From the NCBI GenBank assembly GCA_002633005.1, contig NMRA01000077.1:434001-498000 (forward strand): a stretch of DNA of 64,000 nucleotides. The letters are read 5' to 3'. Source of the stretch: Phoronis australis (Eukaryota; Animalia; Phoronida). The translations under genes were made by a program, and so were the position numbers. Below the pieces are notes generated by a model. It ran no database searches, was not told the DNA's origin, and worked only from the letters and a program-made list of their open reading frames with translations. Shown here piece after piece: positions 50,001 to 62,000 of this stretch (the stretch's first letter is position 1; each line of letters starts with the position of its first letter).

Positions 50001-53000
50001 ACCCACAGAGGATGTATATTATAGCATTCTAATTTACCAAAGGTAACATTCAGTTCAAAAGATTAAGCAGAAGCTCAATATCCACTGACACTCTGCCATT
50101 TTGTTTTGATGTGGTTAATGGAACATTGGGAATTGTTTGAAAAGCATTGGGGTCTAGCCACATGACTCCTGCTGCCCCCTGGCTGTTTAGATAGATACTA
50201 TTAACTGATGTTAACTTCCTCTAGATGAATTAAATAAATGAATAATGGTTAGTAACCCTTGTCAACCGTCGCAACTTTGGAGCAGGTTGTAAACTTCCTT
50301 GCAAAGTCTTGGGAAAGGAAACACTACTTATCTCCAACCGCGGAATCCACTTTTTGATGCGATGAGATCGTGTTGCAGCTTTCTCTCAGGGGAGGTACAC
50401 AATTCTTTTATAATGGCTCCCCCCCTCAGCTACAGTGCAACATGATTTGTCTTTCTTACGTACGTTGTTTGCATCGCTTTACAGTGTTAAAGTGTGCTTT
50501 TAAAATTCAAATATTTACCTTTTTTCATTTCAGCTACAAGACAAAACAGACTTGGTGGAGGAGAAGGAGAAGGCACATCAAGAAGAGCTGAGCCAAATGG
50601 AGGATAAGTTGCAAAGAGGTGAGGAGCAACTTCAGTCTGAGAAGCAAATTCAAGAAAAAATTGCTGCAGAAGTGACATCTTTGAAGGCCCAGCTAAATGA
50701 AGAGATTTCTAAGAAAGATGCTGAAGCTGGAAATAGAATACAGCAAATCTCTGAGGAGCTGTCTGGTGCTAATGCTCGTCTAGAGACTCTGGTCAGTGAG
50801 AATGTGGACTTGAAAAAGGACAAGGAAAGTTTGGAGCAGAGCTTAATGGCTAAGGATGAAGAATTGTCCAAAGCTGTGGGTGCAGCTAATGAGCTTAACC
50901 AAAGGTGTGAAGATTTTAAGAAGGATGCACAGCAAAGGGAGCAGCAAGTGACAGAAATGAGTGGAAGGATTGATGGCTTGTTAGAAGAGCTTTCTGCAAA
51001 GGCTTCTGAGATAGAACGTTTTGGTTGTGAAACTAGTGACTTAAAGAAAGACAATGAAAATAGTGAAAAAATGTTGGAGACGAAGTCAGTTGAAATTGAT
51101 GAACTGCAACAAAAGTTGAAGGCTGAAGCGGAGAACCAACAGAAGATGAAAGAAGCGTTCAAGGTGAAATTTGAAGAATATCAGGTAAAGCAAAAGGAAA
51201 AATTCAAAAAGTTTCAAGAGAAGTTAAAAGAAAATGAGAAATCCACTAATGTAGATTTACAGCAACGATTGGAAACTGAGAAGGAGGCACAGTTGAATGA
51301 GTTGAAAGGTCAACACCAGACTGAGCTCAATGAGTTGGCAGCTAACTTTGAAAATGTCAAGGGATCCTTCAAGGAAAAGATTGCACACTTAGAGCATCAA
51401 GTGAGTGACCTCAATGAGCAATTGTTTAAGAATTCAGAAAAACATGACTCTGAAATTAACCAGAAAGTTGAAATGGAAAGACAGTTGTCGGAAAAACTCA
51501 TGGAAATCAAAGGCTCTTATGATTCTATGCAGGAAATGTTGAAAGAAATGAATGAAAACTTGCAGCAGAAAGAAATGGAGTTGGAAGCATTACGAGGTGA
51601 AGTTGATCAAAAGGATGAACAGTTGGTCAACATGCGGTCTGAGCATGAGAAACTGGTCTCTGAGACTAGGACGGAGATGCAGAACTCCCTTGATGAGCTA
51701 GCAAAGGAAAACTTGTCTTTAAAAGAAGAAATCGTTTCACTGAAGGAACAACATGAAAAAGTTTCTGCTGACCTTGAAGCTCAACTGGAAGAAGTTAGGA
51801 CTGACTGTGAAGCAAAGATTGTAAGTGCGAATGGGAAGTTGGTTGACTTGCAGGAGAAACTGTCGACATTGTTGCAAGAAAAAGAAGTTCTGGTACAGCA
51901 GAGCTCAATTCAGCAGGCAGATGCTTTGAAGAGTTTAAGTGAGAAATATTCATCTGAACTAGAAGCAAAAGAAGATGCATTACGCAAACAGAATGACCAA
52001 TACACTCAGCTTAAGGAGAAGGCCCAAGCTAAGCTTCAGGAGCTAAAGACTGGTCTTGAGAACAAAAAGAAAGAGATTCAAGAATTACAAACTGAAAATG
52101 CGAAGGTGTCATCAGGGTTTGAAGCTCGGATGGAAGAGATGAAAAATGAAAGTGAGGCAAAGTTGATTGAAGCTAATGATAAACTGTCTGCTCTACAGGA
52201 GAAACTGTCGATACTTACTCAGGAAAAAGACACATTGATACTGAGTTCAAATGAACACAATGTTGCTTTACAAAGTTTAAATGATAAACATAAAGAAGAA
52301 GTTGAAGCAAAAGAAAGTGCAATATGTCACATGAATGACCAAATTGTTCAGATTAATGAAAAGTTACAAGAGTTAAAAACTAGTGTTGAGAACAAGAACA
52401 AGGAAATCGAAGACTTGAAAAGTGCAAATGGGCAGCTTTCGTCTGATTTTGAACTCCGTATGGAAGTGATGAAAAACGACTGTGAAGCTAAGGTGGTAGA
52501 AGCAACTGCAAAGTTGAATGAACTTCAAGAGAGGTTGTCAACTCTAGCTCAGGAAAGGGAAGTGTTGGTTCAGCAGAGTTCAAGTGAGCATGCTGATGCT
52601 TTGAAAAGTTTAACTGAGAAACATACAGCAGAACTAGAAGCAAAAGAAAGTGCCATATGCCAACGGAATGAGCAGTTTGCTCAACTGAAGGAGAAGGCTC
52701 AGGCTAAGTTACAAGAGTTGAAAACAACCGTTGAAAACAAAAATAAAGAGATTGAGGAGATACGAGCTGAAAACGAAAAGTCTGTGGCAGAAATCAAAGA
52801 CAATTATGAAATAAAAATTGGTGATCTTGTAGATAATGACTTGGAGCTTCAGGCCAAGCTGAAGGAGTTAACGCAGAAGTTGACCAGCACTGAAGAAAAG
52901 TGGCAAGATTACATACAGTTTCATGAGAATGCGATGGCTGAGTATGAGAAGAAGCTGGCTGATCATACTGAGGCTTTCAATGAAGAACGAGCATTTTTGA

Positions 53001-56000
53001 AAAAGCAGTTGGAGGATGTAGAGAACAAGTCAAAGCAGAACTCTGAAGAGGCAGCGAGGTCACATGAGGACAGTTTGCATGCAATGGAACAAAGGATTGT
53101 CGAGTTGTGTGAAAAACACAAGGAGGAGATTGAAACTTTCAGTAAAGAATCTGAGCAGGCTCTTCAGTTGGAGAAAGACAACATGGCTGCCTTGACGGGC
53201 AGTCATACTAAGGAGCTAGAGGAGCTGCGAGCAACAATGGAGGCTGCTAGTGATGTGAAGGTGTCTGCCATAAAAAAGAAGGCAGAGCAACGATTGGCAC
53301 AAATCAAGAAGTCATTGCAGGGCGACTCTGAAGGGCAACTGGGTGAATTAAGTAACACTGTTAGCCAACTACAAGATCAGGTGAGTGTGGTTGTATTTGT
53401 GGAAAATTAGTAGATTAGGTGCAATAACAACATCTTGGATTTAACTTTCCCCTTTGAGTGCAATAGTGGAAAAATGCATCATACGTATGACAGTTTTCAA
53501 AAGTTTAGGTTGGGCTGCTGATGCACTTCTGAGTTCCGTCGGAAAGGTGGAGAATGATTGATCACCCTTTTTTGTCAAATACTTTTATGTCAGCATATGT
53601 ACAAGTAGCTATTTTGTTGGACTAGAAGTATGATGATTTAGAAGTAGTTTGCTGTATCATGTTGTTATGTATATATTAAGTACACTACGTTTATGGCATA
53701 CTTGATAATATGTCATATTTTCACATTGTGGACATGCGCAAAATGTTCGAGGAATGGGATACAGCACTGCTTCTATTTCCAGATTGTCCAACTAGAGAAT
53801 GAAGTGACTGTTGTGAAGAAAGAAAAGGATGTGGTGCAAGAGAAGTTAGCTCGGGAACTGGAATCTAAAGAAAACCACGTTCAGGAAAGTTTGCAAAAAT
53901 CAGATAGTCAAAATGTCGAGCTCCAGGCTGAGATTGATTCTTTAAAACAGCAAGTTGATAAACTCAGGGATCAATTGGTGGAAGTGGAATCTCAGAAGTC
54001 GCAACTGCAGAGTGACCTTGACGTGACCTCCAGCAGTCAGGGAGAAGAGGTGGCCAGGCTGAGGAAGGAAGTGGAGAAATTGACTTCAAGCAAGAATGAC
54101 GAAAAGGTGAAACTGCTCAAACAGTTGAAACAGTTCCGGGAGCAACACAGAGTAGAGGTGGACACGCTGCAGTCAGACAAGTGAGTAAATAAGTTAATAT
54201 GGGACAAAAGTAGATGAATTTTGTGCAGATCTGTAACTGAATAATGATAAATAATGTTTTCATATAACATTGAAGTTTATATTGTATATTGACATGTTCT
54301 TCATCGTGAAAGTGTTGTTTTCTAAAATGTATTAGTGAGTGGGTGTATAAATGTTGGTAAACAAGGTAGTCAAGAAGTTAATGCGCTAGGAAACAATGTA
54401 TTTAGAATGTAGTTCAGGGAACAACTGAGTGGGGGCGCTGCAGTTAGGAAAGTATTAGTAAGGAACTAAGTTAGGAAGTAAATAGTTTAGTGAGTGGACG
54501 AGTTTGTAGGAAAGTTTGGTAAGTGTGTTAGTTTGAGAATGAGTAAGTTAGTAAGGAGGTAAGTTGGAACAAGACATTATTAAAAGATGAATTTTATTTG
54601 AAACATAAAAAACGTTTCAGAAACAATGTATGAAATGAGTTCCCAAGACAACTAGCCTGAGCTTTTGTTAGATGTCTGGACCTCCTGGTATGATGTGGAA
54701 AGTAAAGTATTCAAAACATGTTCACAATCCCTAAGGATGCATTAGCATATGAACTGGCAACATGCTGTGATTGGGTGGCATATTCTAAAATTACAGGTTT
54801 TCAGATCTCCCGATTTTCTTCACGACTTGACTTGAAACATTGACCGATTACACTGCCTGCAATTTAAAAGTTTCTTTGAAGCATGGCTTGTGGCTAGTTA
54901 TTTTTAAAGTGAGTCTCAAATAAAGGTCGTTGGTGTTTTGTGGTAAGATTGATTGTTTAATGACCACAGAGAGACTGAGCTTGCTCAGGTGAGGAAAGAG
55001 TGTGATGAGAGGATAGAAGAGATGAACCACATGCATAACTCTCGGGTGAAGACACTGGCTAAGGAGTTCAACTTGAAGATGGCACAGAAGGAAAGCGAGT
55101 TTCAGGAGAATTTCTCGCAGGCATTTGGTGAGTCAACATTATGGGTGCTTGTAAATGCAATCTTTCAGTGTCCGAAGATTTTCTCATGGCCAATGACGAA
55201 GTCTAAATTGCACAGAAATGAGATGCTTTTTTGGAATGACAGAACTTTTTGTACATGTCTCTGGAGTGAAAGTTGTGTGTGCTTGTGAAATTATTGATAT
55301 GGAATCTAAACATGTGTCAAGAACAACAGAATGAGAGGGAATAGGGTAGTTACCTACCGGCGATCAGTTTGTGTTTGAGGACATTCCCTGAAATTGCAGC
55401 GTCTTTAACATTCTGTGCAGTGCTGAGAAATTTGGCCAACAATTGACTTGATTGTCTATTGTAGCATGTTCATCACACGAACAGCATACTACCATTACTT
55501 CAGCTGATGTTCTAATTTCTCTTCTAGATAAGGGTCGACGTGATGAAGAGCGTGTCCTCTACGAACATTCCCAACAGTTGTCTGACTTTCAGGATGAGAT
55601 AGAGGAGAAGGAAAAACACATTGAGGAGATTACTAACAACTATGAGAAACAGATAGAGGTATTGGCAGACATATAGAGGCCCTTGTGGCATTCTGTATTG
55701 CAATTATTGTTTTTTAAATCTCATAAAGTCATAAAGTACTAATGGGGAAATTCACCTTACCATGCAATTGCCTGTATTCGGGTAAATCATGTGGGTACCT
55801 TTGCCGATGAACTGTTTTCTGTTCTTAATTAATACAAATGTCGTAAAGAGTTACTTTCACATGAATATTGAGTTGCCTGTTAAGTCAAGCCAAATTCACT
55901 AACTTCATTCTTTGTAGCAGTGTGTTTATGAGGGCAGATACAAACAAGAGATACATCATTTTCACCAATAGATACAAACAAGAGATACATCATGTGTCAC

Positions 56001-59000
56001 CAGTAGATACAAACCAGAGGCGCATCATGTGTCACCAATAGATACAAATAAGAGATACATCATGTTTCATCAATAGATACAAACAAGAGATACATCATCT
56101 GTCACCAATAGATACAAATAAGAGATACATCATGTTTAATCAATAGATACAAACAAGAGATACATCATCTGTCACCAATAGATACAAACAAGAGATACAT
56201 CATGTGTCACCAATAGATACAAACAAGAGATACATCATGTGTCATCAATAGATACAAACAAGAGGTACATCATGTGTCATCAATAGATACAAACAAGAGA
56301 TACATCATGTGTCACCAATAGATATAGTCTCAAGTAGCAGACGAACATTATTGCTTGAAGGCAATAATTATTTTGCAAGTAACAGATAGAGTGTTATTGA
56401 TTCTGTAGGCAAGAAATGACTTTACCATCTACAGGGTGTGGAACAAAATGAACTCATAAAAGTTTCTTCCATTTTCTGAGGTTTAGTATCAGAATGTGAC
56501 GACTTGTCCTTTTCTTTGTGAATAATTCTTTTTGTAATGTCGTCACCTTCCGTTGCGCCAGTTCATCAATCTACTTTGGGAACTTTGTCACTATATCTTT
56601 GATGTTCTCTCTCAAAATGGATTCCTTTTGTAAAAACATTGTGAGTTTCTCCTGTTGGTGTTCCAGGACCGTGAGAAGGAATACATGACCAAAATGGAGG
56701 AGTTCCAGCAAGCAATGATGGATGCCAAACACCAGCTGGCACTGCGCGAGTCTGAGTACCAGACGGCCATGACAGCCTTGGAGGAGAACCTGCGTCAAGA
56801 GTTCAAGCAGAAGATGGAGCAGACAACGTTTGCCCAGCAGCAGGAGGTCAATGAACTAACCCGCGAGTGGGACCACGAGAGAAAGGTGAGGGCATGCTCT
56901 CTAGGCAATGTGAACCATCTTGTTGCAGAAACTTCAGAGGCCTTCTTCCTGACCAATCACATCATGTTGAATTTGAAAATTTACTTGGAGCATGCCATGC
57001 GAAAAGTCAGTTATTTATTTTTTGGCTGATCTGGGGTTGTGTGTAACCTTGTGATGCATCAGTTGAGCATTCACTGACAAGGCGTTAAACTGGACTAAAA
57101 CATAATTCCTGGACCTAAAAATTTGTTGTGCAGGTTGTTCGGTTGATGGTCCATTTTCAAGTATCAAGGATCAAGGAAATCATGTATACATTTGCGTATG
57201 AGATGTTCACTTAGCAGCTTGTCTTATGAATGATACATTTGGTGGTTTGAGCAACTTGGTAGTTGAAGTCTCAACTTGTTCGTATGGCATAAACATATTG
57301 GATTTTGTGTGAGGAGTTCTGTGGTGTTGTGCTCTTTGTGGAAGTAGCATGCATGTAAGTTGTTATCTTTGTGGAGAGTGGACACGGGGGGTGCGTTCTG
57401 TAACTCTAGTTACTCACAAAACACTTCTGACAAGAAATCTTGGGTTACAACATGGAATTATGGAGTTTGCTCCCTAAAGTGTGCATTCTAGTCGAGCCAT
57501 CCATTCGCTTATAAGTGATTGCCAATTTGTTGCAGTATGCAACTCTGTTTGTGAGCTTACTTATGCAACACTATCCTCTCACTAGCGCGATCCCGCCAAA
57601 CTTGTAGGGGACTGTCAATGCTCGTGGAGTGAACCCAGGGGCCAGTTTACGCTCCAGTCATCTGTTTTTGAAAAATAATTAAATTGGATGTGAGCAAAAG
57701 TGCAAACTCTCACAGAATATATGCATAACTACTAGTTTTACTGAGATGATTTTTATAAATGATTTCTATAGTGATATGTTCATAATTACTTGGATAAACA
57801 TTTATTGTGAAGTTGGAGCATGAGACCCTATGTTGTGAGTCACTTTTTGTGAGACAGACCCCAGATGTTTGCAGGTAATTGCCCTTTCTATTCATTTGCC
57901 TTCTTGTAGTCGTACTTACAAATGCAATAAACTTGTGTCTTACGTAACAGTACAATATTTTGATTAAGATTAGTTACTTTTAAAGAACCAGTCTTATCTT
58001 GGTCATTACTCACATTAGAGATCATGATTTCTGGGCTTTAGAATAGTTGACTGTTCAGTACTCCTTCAGACAAGCTCCATTAAGTTGCTTGTCAGAACAG
58101 GTTAGTTTCAGTCGCAGAGTGTCATTGTTTTCATCAAGGTGTAGGCTCAGTGTAATTTTTGCATCCACATTTATATGAGGGTACATATTGTCATCATCCT
58201 GTTCAGTTGTTTCGTTGTTCGCATGATATCTCAAAAATCTTCAGTTAGATATTGATGAAATTTGTCACAAGGGTGTCCAGCGTCACAAGGGTGTCCAGTG
58301 TCACTAAGTCACAAGGGTGTCCAGCGTCACTAAGTCACAAGGGTGTCCAGCGTCACTAAGTCACAAGGGTGTCCAGCGTCACTAAGTCACAAGGGTGTCC
58401 AGTGTCTCTAAGTCACAAGGGTATCCAGCGTCACTAAGTCACAAGGGTGTACAGCGTCACTAAGTCACAAGGGTGTCCAGCGTCACAAGGGTGTCCAGCG
58501 TCACAAGGGTGTCCAGCGTCACAAGGGTGTCCAGCGTCACTAAGTCAAAAGGGTGTCCAACGTCACTAAGTCACAAGGGTGTCCAGCGTCACTAAGTCAC
58601 AAGGGTGTCCAGCGTCACTAAGTCAGTCCCGTTTCCCTAGTAGCAGGACTTTCAGTATTTTTTGTGAGAAGGGTGTTGCCGGATGATATCTGGTGAACTG
58701 ATAGACTGATTACAATTTCAGTGGTATGTGGCGGCACCAGTTGATATTCATATGAATTCAACCATTGCAGTACCCCCTTGTGACTGTTTTGTCTCTACAA
58801 AGGGCTTTTTAGTACTTTTTCGACGGGAAGATTGTTGCCCGATAATCTCAGGAGGATTGTTTGACCGATTTCAATGAAACTTCACACGGAAGTATGTGAC
58901 AGTGTTGTGCGGCACCAGTCAGTTTTGGGATGGATTCGACTATTGCAATACTCTCTAATCACCACAGATCTTTTGGCATAAGAGTGTGGCACATCGCTAG

Positions 59001-62000
59001 TACAGTCCGTGTCCCTTTTTAGTCTCCCTGCTTCCCTGTTCAGTATTTTTTGTGAGAATAGCATTTCCGGATAATATCAGATAGACAGATTTCAATGAAA
59101 ACGTGGCCATTTTGTTCCTGTTTTCCAGTTGTCTGTTCGATATCTTAAAAAGCCTTTATTGGATTTTGATGAAATTCGACACAAAGGTGGAGAGCATTAC
59201 ACAAGCTGAACATGCTTTTCAATCTACTCTACCCCCCTGAGCCAGGGGTTGAGGTCATTTTGATTTCTACCGGGGGCCTTTTCTGTATTTTTGGGAAGAG
59301 CATATCCGGAAGATATCTAGACAACCACTTGACGTATTTCAATAAAACTTGACACGAGTATGTGCAGGCAATGTGCTGGCCCCGGTGGCCATATTGTCCA
59401 GTTTTCTGCTCAGTATCTTAAAAACCCCAGTTGCAATTTGTTGAAATTTGTCATAAGCGTCACTATTTATTGGTAAGAGCTTTGTCGGATGATATTTAGG
59501 GGAACAATTGACAGTTTTCAATGGAATTTGGCATAGAGGCATGCGACAGCAACAAACAGAAGTCAATTTTTGAGTGGATTCAACAACTGCTTCACCTAGT
59601 GGCCGTACCATTTTGGGGATGATGACAGCCATCAGTTTTGAACTGATTCCAACAGAAGCTGTACCCCCGTATGTCATTTAGTATCCATCTTTCTATCTAC
59701 CAAACCTCATGATTTGTTCTCTGTGAAATGAACTCGACTGCACCTGCCAATTGTTGGATGACTAATGCTGTGTCCCTTTATGATATTTTTATATAATATT
59801 TTGTTGAAAATTATTCATTTTTGATTTTTTGATTTAATGTCAGGTTAAAAAGATGAGGTACCAACACCTTTTCGTTAACTTTTTTGCAGCTTCTCGTAGT
59901 GGTGCAATTGTTGTCTCTTTGTACCTTACATGGAGCTGATAAGTACCCCAAGAAACATACTGTTTGCGATGTGCTTTGGGCAGATATCAGCGCTTTGTGT
60001 TGCTCTTGTTATGTTATGAGTTGGGTTGAGCAAGCAAACTGCAACATGTTCTCTGGACCGTGATAAAGTATTAAATTCATGTAGTTGTGTCTTGCTCAAG
60101 TTTTAAGAAGTATGCAATGTTGGTACTTTTAGGATTATTGTGTGTTGTAATCTTGCATGTTTAACTTTGGGGTTACATGTGTGACTTTTTCAGATTACTA
60201 CTATCTCTGGCTATTAACAGTTCTTCACATCTTGTCTTGCCTGATTTGCCTAGTGTAATCAATTGTTGCTGTCATTTAACAAGAGTTAGACAGTGTCAAT
60301 GTAAAAATCTTGACCATATCGATCCGTTCCTTAGTCAAGTTATGTCCATATTTTTGTGGCTATTGATTTGCTTTTTCACTTTATTTGTGGGAGTTACAAG
60401 CGATAGAGCTTTGTTTGAAATTGAAGTTGATTTGGATTTTATTTGTCGTGGTCTGCTAACAGTTTGGCTAAATGGTTGCACCTATTTGGTTGCATTAATC
60501 CCCTGTAGGCTTGATGTTGTTGTCACCTTATGTTGTAACACCTGTCGTCCTTGTTTACAGCCCGGCTCCAACCAAACAGGTGTTGTACATGAAGAGGTAT
60601 CCGTATACTGTTTTATATATTTTTAAAGTGTTTGTTCATATACTGAACAATTTTCATTTGGATAACTTTCTTGGACAATTTGATTTTTCTGAAATTTATT
60701 TTTTTTGTTGAACGGTGGTTCATTCCCTCTTTTTACCATGAGCTGAACTTTGCTTTGATAAACTCAAACTATGCTAGTTGTAGACTAAAAATTTTCAATC
60801 TTTTTATTTTCAAAGAAATTTGACAAAATAGAATTTCACTAGTTAGCCACATTGTATGCTAAATAAAATGAAAAATTACAAAATGTGCAAGAAAGTCAGA
60901 AATTTCATCTGAGCTTATGGCATCTTCATTATGTCTGTGAGTTGACAAAATGCAGTGGTTGTTGTTTTTTATTTAAAAAGGTGATTTAGGGCATTTACAG
61001 TAGTACAGCAGCCATAATGTGTTCTTTAGACAGATTAGAAGTGATTCTTAATCTTAGGCAGAACTTGAGGATGGTTTTTGTTTGAGATCAGTCTCATTAC
61101 ATTGACTTGTCATGCCAAGTTATGTGTTTGAGATCAGTCTCATTACATTGACTTGTCATGCCAAGTTATGTGTTTGAGATCAGTCTCATTACATTGACTT
61201 GTCATGCCAGGTTATGTGTTTGAGATCAGTCTCATTACATTGACTTGTCATGCCAGGTTATGTGTTTGAGATCAGTCTCATTACATTGACTTGTCATGCC
61301 AGGTTATGTGTTTGAGATCAGTCTCATTACATTGACTTGTCATGCCAGGTTATGTGTTTGAGATCAGTCTCATTACATTGACGTGTCATGCCAAGTTATG
61401 TGTTTGAGATCAGTCTCATTACATTGACGTGTCATGCCAAGTTATGTGTTTGAGATCAGTCTCATTACATTGACTTGTCATGCCAGGTTATGTGCTGAGC
61501 GTGCTCTTAACCATCCACAAATCTTTCCTCATCTCAGTAAATATCGAATTGGTTTTTATGATGGCAGAAAGCTGATTTAATACGCTGTGATGACAATTGC
61601 TGATTATTTGATGGGTGCAGTCATCGGGAAGACTACTTTGATAATCAATTTGGCTTCTGCCCAGCCATCATGATGAGAAATTATGGGTCATTTTTTTGTC
61701 TGAGTACTTCTGGTTTGTACTGTACGGAAAGTTTGATACTCACTGCCTACTGGTTAGGCAGTGACTACAGGTTTTTGACTTGTAATACATGAATTATTAT
61801 TTAGTTGACAGACACACCACACTCTATGTGAAGAAAAATATGACTTCATAGTACAGGTAAACAAAGATTTTAATTAATAGATGTCTAGTTATTCACAACA
61901 CACATCTGTGCCTGTTGCGTATGCATGCTTTGTGTTTCCATTGCAGGAATTGGTGCAGCAAAACCAGCTTGCACTTACTGCAGTCCAGAGTGGTTCTGAC

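Noticed and set aside
50650-51162. 170-aa antisense Ser/Phe/Leu-rich ORF and similar ones at 47970, 48599, 51795 and 54037
   Set aside because: Shadow ORFs on the reverse strand of E/K/Q-rich coding sequence.
47785-53410. The 611-aa and 952-aa ORFs as stand-alone SMC-like or myosin-like genes
   Set aside because: They are bounded by splice sites in phase with neighbouring exons and lack ATPase or motor motifs. They are internal GOLGA4 exons.
59844-59857. 14-nt AG...GT segment in GOLGA4 intron 19
   Set aside because: Not frame-preserving in a phase-0 intron and has no other support.
61079-61494. Regular 46-bp, 35-bp, 38-bp and 20-bp arrays as CRISPR-like arrays
   Set aside because: The units are head-to-tail with no unique spacers, there are no cas genes, and the context is eukaryotic introns. 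They are minisatellites.
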